A program made the position numbers and the translations under genes. A DNA stretch of 64,000 nt, taken from Octopus vulgaris. Its lineage: Eukaryota. The stretch spans positions 8,742,001-8,806,000 of the forward strand of contig OX597824.1 of the NCBI GenBank assembly GCA_951406725.2, given 5' to 3'. Below are positions 1-14,585 of the stretch, piece after piece (position 1 is the stretch's first letter; each line of letters starts with the position of its first letter). The notes under the pieces are model-generated. The model had not been told where the DNA came from and did no database searches. It saw only the letters and a program-made list of their open reading frames with translations.

Positions 1-78
1 TTTCATTTATATGCATATTTGTATACCTATCTATACATTCATACACATACGTATATATACATACATATAATCTATCTA

Positions 79-159
<81 letters not shown>

Positions 160-280
160 GCAGAGAGAACCAAAGACAGAGAGATAGAGACAGGGAGAAA
201 AGGTTTATATGAATACACATATATATTCATTTATATATGCATATATGTAAATATATGTATATACACGGATGTCCAAACAT

Positions 281-324
<44 letters not shown>

Positions 325-499
325 ACACACACATATTACGAACCTCTTCAATGAATATATTACATAGATATTTCTATTTTAGTTTCATTACACACTCTCG
401 TTCAGTTTCATGTTTAATTTATGACTTGCTAAGCATCATGGCACCGGGAAGTCTATATACGTAAGCTATCTAAAGATCAAAATCTACCATTATTTTCCT

Positions 500-825
<326 letters not shown>

Positions 826-946
826 TGCTGTGTTTATTGTTATTGCTACTATTTCTACCATTGCTACGAGACCCCCATATGCATATCGTTAATAGAAATG
901 AAAAAAAATTGCGCATATTAGAAAGTAATAATTTCTCTTATGCTTG

Positions 947-1011
<65 letters not shown>

Positions 1012-1292
1012 TTTTCTGAAAATGCTTATTTGAATAACAAGTGTTATAACGGAATAAGTGTTCCTACACAAGTATATATTCCAGAACATGTGTAACGCGT
1101 TTTTGAGGTTGTGAATGTGCAGTTGTTTATGTACATGCATACGTCTGTGTGTGTGTGTGTCTTTGTAGGTGTGTGTATGTGCGTTTGTGTGTGTGTTTTT
1201 CATTAATGCATTTGTTATATGTATGCATATTTGTGTGCGTTTTCAGACACAGACGTGTTTCTTGTATATATATACATACCAACATATCTCTC

Positions 1293-1355
<63 letters not shown>

Positions 1356-1390
1356 CCATAATATAGGGACGGGCAGGGTGGTGGGGGTGT

Positions 1391-1444
<54 letters not shown>

Positions 1445-1919
1445 GCTTATGTATTTGTGTGTTTCTTTGCTCTTTGTGGTTGTATTTACACGTTTACGTG
1501 CGTGTTGTGAGGCCATTCAAATTGCCAGCTATAAAGAAAACGAAGAAAATTAAAAAAAACAAAACAAAACCAAATAAACAAACCCCCCAAAAAACACCCT
1601 ATACAAAATTTATATATATATATATAAAAAAAAGACACCCTATACAAAATAAAAATGAAACAACAAAAATGAAAGCACATCAATAAATAATCATAAAAAT
1701 AGAAAATAAATCTAAAAATATAACCGAAAAACAACAAAGAAGAGAACAAACGAAAAAAAATAAAGAAGGAAGTAGGCTGATAAAATTCTATTAATGTTCT
1801 ATGTACCCATATATTATCATTATTATTATTATTATTATTATCATTATTATTATTATTATCATTATTATTATTATTATTATTAATTATTATTATCATTATT
1901 ATTATTATTATTATTATCA

Positions 1920-1971
<52 letters not shown>

Positions 1972-2018
1972 CATTATTATTATTATTATTATTATTATCA
2001 TTATTATTATTATTATTA

Positions 2019-2097
<79 letters not shown>

Positions 2098-2099
2098 AA

Positions 2100-2139
<40 letters not shown>

Positions 2140-2171
2140 TATTATTATTATTAAAATCATTATTATTATTA

Positions 2172-2214
<43 letters not shown>

Positions 2215-2595
2215 CATTATTATTATTATTATTGTTGCTGTTGTTGTTGTTATTGATTATATCATATATGGTTTGATATGATATATTTATATAAACTACT
2301 TAGGATAAATGATCGGGATACTTCTATAAATATTGTAGTGATTGTATTGATTGTGAATTGTGAAGTATACACACTTACACATAGACAAAATGGACACTGG
2401 AAAACACTCGAACATTTAAAAATATATCAATATTATATAAATCAAGTATACATATTTATCTATGCATAATACAGTCCTGACGCACACAGACGTATATATG
2501 TATAATTGCGTTCGTTCCTCTTGCTGTATTTATATAATAACAATAACGACAATCAATAAATGTTCTCGCGCGCTCAATCTCTCCCCATTTCTCTC

Positions 2596-2647
<52 letters not shown>

Positions 2648-2825
2648 ATATACATATATACGTTTATTTGTATAAATATGCATGTATGCATATGTACACA
2701 TACACACACATACGCACACATATATAAGTATATACAAACTCATTTACATATGTGAGCGTGTATGTGTGTGTAGGCATGTGTACGTGCATACATCTGACAG
2801 ATTGAGAACTAGAATATTCATTGAG

Positions 2826-2840
2826 TCTATCTCTCTCTCT

Positions 2841-2926
<86 letters not shown>

Positions 2927-2954
2927 GTCTGTCTGTCTGTCTATCTATCTATCG

Positions 2955-2998
<44 letters not shown>

Positions 2999-3022
2999 CT
3001 ATATCTATCTTTCTATCTACCC

Positions 3023-3067
<45 letters not shown>

Positions 3068-3121
3068 CATATATATATCTAACCATCTCTCTCTCTCTCT
3101 CTCTCTCTCTGTGTCTATCTA

Positions 3122-3186
<65 letters not shown>

Positions 3187-3205
3187 CTCTATCTATTTAT
3201 CTATC
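2826..3205. repeat. (CT)n/(CTAT)n/(TA)n compound microsatellite
   Basis: Read directly. Similar tracts at 5270-5495, 16460-16636, 38490-38720, 53037-53215 and 57677-57862. Confidence 0.95.
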
Positions 3206-3390
3206 TCTGACTGTATCTGGCTGTCTCCTCTATCAGTATTGTTATAAATATGCGATCTAGGGCTTAAGAATACACACACACATATACAATCTACACACGC
3301 ACTTCTATGCAAGCTTATGTTTAGCAATGCAGATGACGAAAAGCATATTCAACAATACATGATGTGGAACTAATTTATATATATATATAT

Positions 3391-3565
3391 TTAGGTATAA
3401 TTCACAAAAAAGGACGAAGGTAGGTGGTGTAGACAACAAACAGATGCATTAGTTTAACGCTCGGGAAGTGAAAAGGTCTTTAACGTTTCGAGCCTACGCT
3501 CTTCCACAGAAAGGAACACAGAACGAAGTAAGGAGAGAAAATAAAGAATGTGTAGTGGCTAGCGA

Positions 3566-3570
<5 letters not shown>
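3391..3570 (-). mobile_element. Short HHR-bearing (TA)n-associated element (solo pLTR / retrozyme-like), family H1
   Basis: Homologous to 3642-3843 and 54041-54232. Minimal HHR at 3478-3513: CTTT CTGTGGA A GAGC-gtag-GCTC GAAACGTT AAAG. Confidence 0.7.
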
Positions 3571-3632
<62 letters not shown>

Positions 3633-3641
3633 ATATATATA

Positions 3642-3840
3642 TGATAGATCGCTAGCCAGTCGTCATGATCGTTAGCCACTACACACCTTTTTTCTCTCCT
3701 TGTTTTTTCTGTGTCCCTTTCTGTAGAAGAGCGTAGGCTCGAAACGTAAAATACTTTTTCTATTCCTGAGCGTTATACTAATACATCTGTTTGTTTTTGT
3801 ACACCACCTGTCTTCGTTTTTTGTTTTTTTCATAAACTCT

Positions 3841-3843
<3 letters not shown>
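3642..3843 (+). mobile_element. Short HHR-bearing element, family H1
   Basis: HHR at 3717-3752: TTT CTGTAGA A GAGC-gtag-GCTC GAAACGTA AAA. The 3' end runs into (TA)n. Confidence 0.75.
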
Positions 3844-3888
<45 letters not shown>

Positions 3889-3900
3889 TATATATATATA

Positions 3901-3953
<53 letters not shown>

Positions 3954-4029
3954 TGTATATATAATCTATGGTTTACTCCATAGCTTGTGGAATCAAGCAG
4001 ATTCTCTGCTAGAGAATGTTAGGGATCCG

Positions 4030-4480
4030 TCACCAATATACTGGACAAAAATACCATTAGTTCCCGTTCCTTATTGCTTAACAAAGGTGTTGTGCCTCGG
4101 TTTCGTGTATTGGTGTTGATAAAATTCATGAGAACGTAATTAATGGTTATTACCTGTCCTCCATTGATTCGACAGACAAGAAGTTCTTTTCGTTTGAACT
4201 CAATTACTAATTCTGGACAATTACTAATTCCATTACATTTTTTATATAAAAATATGTAACTCATGTAGTAGCTCAACATTTAACTTCTAATTAGATATAC
4301 AGACTTTGAAATGACTATTATTGTGTGGAGGTGTAATATTTAGCTTACAACAAAATATATGGACGCTTTCAATACAAGCCTTTTCTTTAGATAAAGTAAA
4401 GTGATGGTGATATTTTTATATGTTGATCTGAAGAGGTATGTATGTTGGAATATCTGCTCTTAAAACCATGATCAGTTTAG
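4030..4480 (+). pseudogene. Very decayed PLE GIY-YIG remnant
   Basis: Across frameshifts: ENVI.VITCP..IRQTRS...VVAQH(F)N, followed by CTGAAGA at 4428-4434 with a possible decayed HHR. Confidence 0.35.
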
Positions 4481-5262
4481 TTTTTCTGGGTAGCCTCATC
4501 TGGCATTAGTAAAGAAAAACGGCTTTAATAAAAAAAGTTTTCTAAGGGCAGCCATCAGAATATAAGTAGTCCAGAAATAAGAATATGGTATGGTTTAACC
4601 CACCATACAGTGTGAATGTAAAGACAAGATAGACATTAAGTAAGCAGTTCCCAATCACACATAAATATCAGACCTTTTCAAACGAAATTAATTAGTGTGG
4701 AAGATCATAAAACACAACGAAAAACATATAAACCTTTAATTACTCAAACCCCTTCCTCTATCACAAACTTGCGGATCCACCAAAAATTGTCCATTACATG
4801 AACTATATTTTCATGTAGTGATATGCTGAGCCCCTATTATATCAGACTACACTATCTAGGGAAACTATACAAGATTCACAGGATATTCATTTACTACGGC
4901 ACTCCGTCGGTTACGACGACGATGACAGTACGTCTGTGGACTAGTGACTGAAGATGAGTAAGTGGTTACAAGCTAATCAGTCGAGGAACCAAACTTTGGA
5001 TGCTGTTTAGAATATTTGTGCGTGTGTGTATAAGCAATCAAAGTTCCACATATGAATGCAGTACCACATTGTAGGTCACATTCGAGATTTGTAAAAGGTT
5101 AGTAGTTCTTTAGTGTCTGTAGTATTTTCTGGCTTTGAAGACAAGCGCCACTCTTTGATGTTAAGATATAAAAAGGAATCATGTCTTCATATAAGAAAAG
5201 AAATATGTTTTTCTTTTTAATATTTGTACATCTATAAATTATTTTTAATACTGTAAAAGAAG

Positions 5263-5330
<68 letters not shown>

Positions 5331-5334
5331 TTTT

Positions 5335-5370
<36 letters not shown>

Positions 5371-5407
5371 TCCTTCCTTCTTTCTTTTTTTCTTTCTTTC
5401 TTTTTTT

Positions 5408-5494
<87 letters not shown>

Positions 5495-6188
5495 GTACGT
5501 ATCTATGTCTGTTTGTCTATGTATGTATGTATGTATCTGTGCATGTATGTATTCATGCATGTATCTATCAATCTATGTATCCATCTATGTTTCTGTAAAT
5601 ATATAGATAGCTACCTGCTTAGTTATTTACAATGGTTATCTAAAGAAGAATGTCTCACCAATGGTATAGAAAGCTTGCTTAGACAACTACATATGCATTC
5701 ACCTAAACACACACACACTGACTGATACAGATGTTCCTAATCATTTCTGACATAGCTACGACATTATTCACGGATTCTTCGTAAGTGTCTCTTGTTTCCA
5801 AAACTACCAGCAACAATATGAATCACCAACCAGTCTGAAAACGTAATTTCTATGACTCGCAATAAACAAAATCTTCGCAGCCCCTGGTGTTTAATTTTAG
5901 TTCCTGGTCATCTATACATACACACATACACACATGCATACACAGCTACACGTACATACATACATACATACGTGGAGTTATTGATTTCCTTAACTAGAAT
6001 TTATTCACTCTTCGAATCATTCCCTCCCGCCTCGCTCAATATTGATGGTATTTCAGATTCTATAGAATTAAAGTTAACAGCATGAAATATTATAACTATA
6101 TATGGTAAGACATCTTACGTGTACACAAACATAGACATCTAGACATAAACCCCAACACCGTCACGCATCCCTCGGTACACCTATATAT

Positions 6189-6241
<53 letters not shown>

Positions 6242-6521
6242 CACATACTTTATACTAAACATAGAGATGCAATTATATATATATATGTATACATACACAC
6301 ATACACACATATATATATATATATATGTATATGTGTGTATGTGTATATATGTATACATATGTATATATACATATATACATATACATATATATATATACAT
6401 ACGTACATACATACATATATATATTTATATATACACAGACATATGCACAAGTTCAAAAATTTATATAGACACACTTGTGCAAACACCTACCTATAACAAA
6501 CCATATGCATACATACACACA

Positions 6522-6576
<55 letters not shown>

Positions 6577-6890
6577 TATATACACACAGCTTTATGTATG
6601 ATTAGATATACGTATATATGTATGTATACAGTATTTCTTATATAGACATGTTTCCTTATATATGTGCATATATATGTCCTTATACATATGCATATATATA
6701 TGTGTATGTGTGTGTGTATATGTATATATATGTATATATATGTGTGTGTGTGTATATATATATACATGCGTTTATATATAGACATATATATATATATATA
6801 CATCACAAACAAACACAATGTCGTATATTTATAAATTACCTATAAAATACTGAATATTTCAGCAGAGTTTAGCAAGCAATGCTCGTGAAA

Positions 6891-7027
6891 ACTGATACTA
6901 TTTAATCGACCCCAGAAAGATGAAATGCAAAGTCAACCTTAGCGGAAGTTGAACTCAGAACACAAAAGCGGACAACATGCTAACACATTTTGTCGGCGTT
7001 CTAACGATTCCGTCAGCTTGCCGTCTT
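6891..7027 (-). mobile_element. SINE family A, diverged
   Basis: ATCGACCCCAGAAAGATGAAATGCAAAGTCAACC..GAACTCAGAA matches family A. Confidence 0.65.
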
Positions 7028-7097
7028 TAGTAGCTGTTATAATTAAGAGCTTGTTTGAATCACATGAACCTATTTGCAAAGAGTGAGGAGAGGTTAA

Positions 7098-7140
7098 GTT
7101 TCACTGAAGAGGTTTAATGCTACTGAAACATGTCCGGAAC
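7098..7140 (+). ncRNA. Minimal hammerhead ribozyme motif (slightly decayed)
   Basis: GTTTC-a CTGAAGA GGT...ACT GAAACATGTC c-GGAAC: palindromic stem III ACATGT, GUC site, stem I with one mismatch. Confidence 0.6.
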
Positions 7141-7492
7141 AGTTACTTTAGTGTAAAAAATAAGGTTCCTAGGTGTGTTGTACCGGGGTTGACTCAGAGT
7201 TAGTTAAACAGCCACCAGTTTGGTTTCCTCAGACACGGTAAGCAATTCTTCAGTTTAACATGTATATAATTTAGATACAGTCATCCCTCATGAACACATG
7301 ACCTCTCTCTGTAATGTATATGTGTATGTGTGTATGGGTGCAGGTACTTGTGTGTATGCCATTTTGTATGCGTGTATTATATGTATATATACAGGGACAT
7401 GGGCATATGCACATATTCAAAATATTATATATGCACACGTGCGCAAATACTTACCTACAACAACCGAAAAATATATAACATATATATATATG

Positions 7493-8060
<568 letters not shown>

Positions 8061-8065
8061 GTGTG

Positions 8066-8119
<54 letters not shown>

Positions 8120-8161
8120 TGTATGTATTTATATATATATATATATATACATATATATATG

Positions 8162-8224
<63 letters not shown>

Positions 8225-8329
8225 TTAAATCCTCCTTCTTTCTTTCCTTTCCTGAGCGTCCAATAACACTATATTTGTTCCACGTCCTCGCGCTGTGTTT
8301 TCTCTTTGTGTTTTCATGTTTGGATTAAC

Positions 8330-8330
<1 letters not shown>
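8225..8330 (+). mobile_element. 5'-truncated copy of family H2 between (TA)n tracts
   Basis: Aligns with 13597-13704. Confidence 0.75.
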
Positions 8331-8387
<57 letters not shown>

Positions 8388-8421
8388 ACGAGAATAAGGT
8401 AATGGAAACATTAATATATAG

Positions 8422-9209
8422 ATTACCACAGTTGAATATTACGTCATCGATATTAGTGCAGAATAATGAGAAAAGAATCGAACGATATAATCGGGGAAAA
8501 CATAAATATTAACAAATCAAATTACTAAATTAATAAATTTAGAAATTTGAAACCAATATAAAATTAATACATTATACCTCTAACTTAAATGAATTAACCG
8601 TTCATAAGCTATTAACCATATATACTCGTTGTACGTGCCTAAATTAAAGTTTCGTTAATCTATATAAAATACATGCTACTCTTACCTGTACATAAAACCT
8701 TATATTCGTATAAACCATTTAATTTAGACTCGTTATATTTATACTAATACGATATCTATTAAGAACTATTTAATCGTTTTAGTTACATATCTAAGCATAT
8801 TCTTTATGAGATACCGCCTAATTCAAAGTTCCAGTAACCTTACAATTATACCTAATGCATTCTTTAAATTACCTTTAATGGTGGTCTCTGAAAAAAAATT
8901 TACATGCCTTAATGGTTAATATGAATATAAGGTTTTATGTACAGGTAAGAGTAGTATGTATTGTATATAGTTTATCGAAACTTTAATTTAGGCAGGTACC
9001 ACGAGAATATATGATTAATAGCTTATATTATGAATGGTTAATTTATTTAAGTTAGAGGTATAATGTATTAATTTTATATTGGTTTTAAATTTCTTAATTT
9101 ATTTAGTAATTTGATTTGTTAATATTTATGTTTTCCCTGATTAGATCTTTCGATTCTGTTCTCATTATTCTGCACTAATATCAATGACGTAATGTTCAAC
9201 TATGGTAAT
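8422..9209. repeat. Long inverted repeat (~300-bp arms 8422-8722 / 8909-9209, ~190-bp spacer)
   Basis: Manual alignment gives roughly 90% identity with two or three small indels. The HHR-like motif at 9385-9476 follows it. Confidence 0.9.
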
Positions 9210-9384
9210 TTGTAAGCGGTTTTGATTCGTCATCATTTCGTAGCTTTCAACACTTTAACACACACTCGCACAAATACATAAGAATAGTAACGGTTTTGTA
9301 AATACACCTGTTGCTAAAACACACATATCTGAGGCTATCAAAGGTCAACCAAAACGTTGGAATGTATCTCCTCTCTAACAAATT

Positions 9385-9476
9385 CCCTTTCCTGACGAAA
9401 TACCCAATTTACAATATTCGATATGAAAATTTAATCCTCAATTCGAATTAATTGGGCGTGGAAACAGCTGTAGGTG
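9385..9476 (+). ncRNA. Hammerhead-like motif with long stem II
   Basis: Core CTGACGA 9392-9398; CCCAATT/AATTGGG stem; GAAACAGCTGTA at 9461-9472 (palindromic stem III, GUA site); stem I is weak. Confidence 0.55.
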
Positions 9477-9621
9477 TAAATAATTTGATGAGTATTAGTA
9501 ATTCAACGGAGTTTGAATAACATTTTTGTTATTCCTATGGAATTGAGTGATCAAGTAAAGGCTGCCTCCATGAGAATGTGTGGGCTTCTTTGTTGAAATA
9601 TATGTACGTATGGTACACGCA

Positions 9622-9673
<52 letters not shown>

Positions 9674-10986
9674 CATCAACCCATCCATCCGTCCGTCTGT
9701 GTCTGTGTGTCTTAATGTCTGCCTCTCTCTGTCTCTGTCTCAGTCTCTGTCTGTCTATCTCTCTGTCTCTGTCTCTCGTGTCAGTTCATAACTTCTGCCT
9801 TTGTGGTTTCTGTTGCTGAAGAGGAGGTAACCACTCCGAAATGCATGTACATATATATATATATGTATATATATATGTAAGTATATATACATATATAAGT
9901 TACTTCATGTGTATGCGTATGTGCATGTCCATGTTTGTGTGCACATGTAGGCACCGAAACTCGCACATGTATTTATATGCGTATTGTATTTATATTGTAT
10001 TTATATGTATTTACATGAGAATGTGTTTATATGTATGCGCCCATATATGTATATATGTATGGGTGTATGTTCGCTTGTGCGCTTCACAATGTGCATGTGT
10101 TTATGCCTGTCCATGCATTTGTTTGTCCTTTTGCATGCATATGCAGATTCACGTGTGGATGTGTGTATGCTTGTGTAGGTCTGTGCGTATGTGTGTGCGC
10201 GCGTGTGTATGCGTGTATATAGGAGTACGGTAGTGAATTAGTGGTGATGGTGATGGTAATAGTAGTAGGGGTGACAGTTTTAGTGGTGATGATGGTTGTG
10301 ATGGTGAGTGAGGTTGTAGTATTACTAGTGATATTCGTATTATTATTAGTTGTAATAGTAGTAATATTATTAGTAGTAGAAATATTACTTGTATTAGTAG
10401 TAGTAGTAGCAGCAGTAGTAGTAGTAGTATTATTATTAGTAGTAATAGTAGTAGTTGTTGTGGTGATGATGGTAGTAATCGTGGTGGTGGTGGTGGTGGT
10501 TGTAGTTGTTGTGGTGATGATTGCAGTAGTAGTGGGGATAGTAGTGAAGGTGGTAGTAGTAGTAGTGGTGGTGGTGGTGTTGGTGGTAGTGGTAGTGGAG
10601 GGAGGTGGATTACATTGAAGAATTAGTTTAATTAAGTTGAAATGCTGAACGGAAATAACTTAGGATATTGAATTTGAAGGAAAACAAATTAAAAATGAAA
10701 AAAACCAAAAAAAAAAAACAAAGAAAAAAAAACGAGAAAACGGGGGAAAAAGCAAAAAGAAAAAAGAAAAATGAAAGAAGAAAACTGAAAGAAGAAGGAA
10801 GAAAATCTCAACAAACTCGAACAGAACTGGAATAAGAAATTCTAAAATTTTGTGTTGGATTTTGACGTCTTGGAGATATTCTTTGAATGTAAGAACCAAT
10901 CCCTGTTTGTCTTCCTCTTAATAGCTTCGACACCAACAACAACAACGACAATAACAATAATAATAATACTAATAATAACAACAATG

Positions 10987-11019
<33 letters not shown>

Positions 11020-11033
11020 TTAATAATAATAAT

Positions 11034-11075
<42 letters not shown>

Positions 11076-11103
11076 AATAATAACAACAATGATGATAATA
11101 ATG

Positions 11104-11134
<31 letters not shown>

Positions 11135-11201
11135 TGATGATAATAATAATAATGATGATGATAATAATAATAATAATAATAATATTAATAATAATAATGA
11201 T

Positions 11202-11275
<74 letters not shown>

Positions 11276-11670
11276 TAATAACAACAATGATAATAATAAA
11301 AAAATAATAATAATAATACGTGAAGACTAAACTGATTGATACCTTCATCAAATATCACATAAGCACGTCTACACACACATACACACATACAGATGTATAT
11401 ACAAACGAGCTTATACACACGCATACGCACACACACGTACGCATTGAAAGACATTCATACTCATATGAACACGCAAAGATGACACGACACGAAAGAGCCA
11501 CTGCAATGGTGGCTCAACGTGCAATCAAAACATATTTTCATTTAAGGGAAGGTTACATGAAATGTTGTTGTACAAGAGAGCTAGGACTAGACAAAAGTGG
11601 AAGGTCACGGTTAGGACATTTTTGTTCCTAAATTGCTCTTGGCTGGGTTACTAACGACTGTTTGCCGACG

Positions 11671-12230
11671 TAAAACTGTGACTATCCGCTGCGAATCGTT
11701 TGCTCCGTCGTAAAACTGTGACTATCCGCTGCGAATCGTCGGCCCAATCGTAAAACTGTGACTATCCGCTGCGAATCGTTTGCCCCATCATAAAACTGTG
11801 ACTATCCGCTGCGAATCGTCTGCCCAATCATAAAACTGTGACTACCCTCTACGAACCGTCAGCCCCATCATAAAACTGTGACTATCCGCTGCGAATCGTT
11901 TGCTCCGTCATAAAACTGTGACTATCCGCTGCGAATCGTCTGCCCCACCATAAAACTGTGACTAACCGCTGCGAATCGTCTGTTCCGTCGTAAAACTGTG
12001 ACTATCCGCTGCGAATCGTCTGCCCAATCGTAAAACTGTGACTATCCGCTGCGAATCGTTTGCCCAATCATAAAACTGTGACTGTCCGCTGCGAATCGTC
12101 TGCCCCATCATAAAACTGTGACTACCCCCTACGAACCGTCTGCCCCATCATAAAACTATGACTATCCGTTGCGAATCGTCTGCCCAATCGTAAAACTGTG
12201 ACTATCCGCTGCGAATTGTCTGCCCCATCG
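11671..12230. repeat. Minisatellite, 14 x 40 bp (TAAAACTGTGACTATCCGCTGCGAATCGTYTGCCCMATCR)
   Basis: Units start every 40 bp from 11671 to 12191, with no indels. Confidence 0.97.
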
Positions 12231-12692
12231 CTATGTTGCGTTTTTGAGCAAAACCCTTCCTTTCACGCCACTCGAGTCTGTCCAGTGCGGAATAGATACA
12301 CCACAAAAACCGGGAAACATCCTTATGAGTCTATAACTCGGGAAGGACCACGGATCCCTTTTCTTATAGCTTGTATTGAGTCCTGTCCATCATTTTTGTA
12401 CACTTTTTATATTTAACAATCTACCAACACACGCGAACGCTTTTAAAGGTATGTGTTTGAGACAGCGCTGATGGATCCGTCAACAATGAAGAGATTAAGT
12501 TTTTGTTTGTATTTAATATAAAAGATATTTTAATGTATCAATATTTCGAGCCTAAGGCCACTATTCAAGATAATCTCTCTTATGCTGACAGCTTCTTCAA
12601 ATCACATTTTAAAAGCCCGGTGTCTCTCAATATAATTCCTCGAACCACTTCACAATATAACCAAAGATGTATACGTATGCAAATACACAAAT

Positions 12693-12786
<94 letters not shown>

Positions 12787-12966
12787 CACACACACACACA
12801 CAGTGAAACATCATATGCAAACACTGTACCACGTTACAGTTTCATCCAGAAATATTTCGTTCGATGGAATATTTACGATTTTCGAGAGGACACCAAAGAT
12901 GTATATTTTTATCAATATTCAGCAGAAGTAACAAAGTTACTCTAAGTCCGAGACTTTCGTGCATTA

Positions 12967-13030
<64 letters not shown>

Positions 13031-13039
13031 TGCATACAC

Positions 13040-13460
13040 ACATACAAGTAAGACTCAAAAGAGATCTAAGGAAGAATGTTACGATCGAGAAGGTGAATGA
13101 CAATGACCTTTTTGTGTGCACAGTCTGTGACAGATCATGCCTGTCTTTTGCTGGCCTCAAATCTCATCTACGAACGCATGGAAAACGAACCTCCACCAAC
13201 ATATATGCCTGTGCACACCTTTGAATACAGTGTATGCCAGAAGGTTTGGAAATCCAACGGAGGCCTCAAGAGTCATTTTAAGAGCCACAAACAGCAGAAC
13301 TTAGCTACAGCTCCAGGTGGTCCAAATCAGAGGTGCAATCTATGTGGGCGTCTTTCCAATACACTGTCTGGTTTAAAAAGCCAAATCAGATGCCATGATG
13401 GTTCTAAGGTGTAGGTGCAGGAGGTTGTCAAACTCTGCATGAGGAGTAGACAACCACTAT
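13040..13460 (+). mobile_element. 3' end of an RTE-like LINE with three C2H2-like fingers
   Basis: LKRDLRK..CTVCDRSCLSFAGLKSHLRTH; (Y)SVCQKVWKSNGGLKSHFKSH; CNLCGRLSNTLSGLKSQIRCH (frameshifted, no TGEKP linkers). A terminal hairpin GGTTGTC..ACTC/GAGT..GACAACC precedes (TA)n. Confidence 0.6.
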
Positions 13461-13474
13461 ATATACATGTATAT

Positions 13475-13702
13475 GTACCTCTTTGACTTTCAAAATGTGA
13501 CCGCGTGTGTACCATTGGCGATTTTTTTCCCTCTGTCTTCCCTTCTCTGGATCTTTCCTTCTCCTATGTCTCCGACGAAGTGCTCCGCTCGAAACGTTAA
13601 ACCCTCCTTCTTTCCTTCTTTCCTGAGCGTCCAATAATACTATATTTGTTCCACGTCCTCGCGTTGTTGTGTTTTCTCTTTGTGTTTTCTTGTTTGGATT
13701 AA

Positions 13703-13704
<2 letters not shown>
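13475..13704 (+). mobile_element. Short HHR-bearing element, family H2 (related to H1)
   Basis: HHR at 13568-13602: GTCT CCGACGA A GTGC-tcc-GCTC GAAACGTT AAAC. Shares the downstream TTCCTGAGCGT..TAATAC block with H1 and ends in (TA)n. Confidence 0.65.
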
Positions 13705-13771
<67 letters not shown>

Positions 13772-14242
13772 TGCATTTATATACACCACACATATCTATA
13801 CATATATATAGATATATATGTACACATAAACACATGCACGCGCGCGAACACACACATACGTATACACAAGAATGAGAAGGTATCTATGACTATATATATA
13901 TATTCTATTCATGGCTATCTCATCGTTTCCCAAATGCAATTTTTCCATCGTATTCATGTCTTTGCAATGTTGTGATTAATGAGTGCGGTGGTCACCGTAT
14001 TTAGCAAGTGTATTCACCACGTTCGATGCCTCTCCTTGGTACCTTTCAAGTGTGTGAAAGAGAAACAGAGAGAGAGGGGGAGACAGAGCGAAAGAGAGAG
14101 AGAGAGAGCGTGAGAGAGAGAGAGAAAGAGAGAGAGAGGGGGAAGAATGATTGACAGAGAGTGAAAGACGAAGAGAGATTCGGCAGTTGAGAAGATATGA
14201 GTGAGCAGTTGGCAACGGTTCATAGCGAGATATGAATCAACA

Positions 14243-14585
14243 TAAAAGGGTAAAGACCCCGTTCGGTCAGGCACTGACCATGGGTTTGCACCTAGAGAGA
14301 TACCCTCTGAGGCACAAGTCTGGGCAAGGTTGTTTTATGGAAGACCAGCAGTCGCCCATGCATACCGGCCTCCCCTCTCCACGTCACCGATGTTGTCCAA
14401 GGGAAAGGCAAGGGCCGATACAGCTTGGCACCTGTGACGTCGCAACTCATTTCTACAGCTGAGTGAACTGGAGCAACGTGAAATAAAGTGCCTTGCTCAA
14501 GAACACAACACGCAGCCCCGTCCGGGATTCGAGCCCACAACCTCACGATCGTAAGCTCGACGCTCTAACCACTGAGCCATACGCT
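14243..14585 (-). mobile_element. tRNA-derived SINE family C
   Basis: Minus strand: TGGCTCAGTGGTTAGAGC A-box, GGCTCGAATCCC B-box, TTGTGTTCTTGAGCAAGGCACTT central block. A similar tail occurs at 55077-55130 and a decayed head at ~63180-63250. Confidence 0.75.

Noticed and set aside
4945-4985. CTGAAGA hammerhead candidate
   Set aside because: No properly placed GAAA or stem III; the core itself is sequestered in a GACTGA/TCAGTC hairpin.
11671-12230. CRISPR-like array
   Set aside because: The variable 10-bp segments are homologous variants rather than unique spacers; there are no cas genes and the context is eukaryotic.
13030-13414. Host C2H2 zinc-finger gene
   Set aside because: No TGEKP linkers, frameshifted, and it ends in a LINE-like 3' hairpin plus (TA)n.
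14500-14585. Functional tRNA genes at SINE heads (also 17562-17635 and 22700-22760)
   Set aside because: The cloverleaf stems are imperfect and the heads continue directly into repeat bodies.
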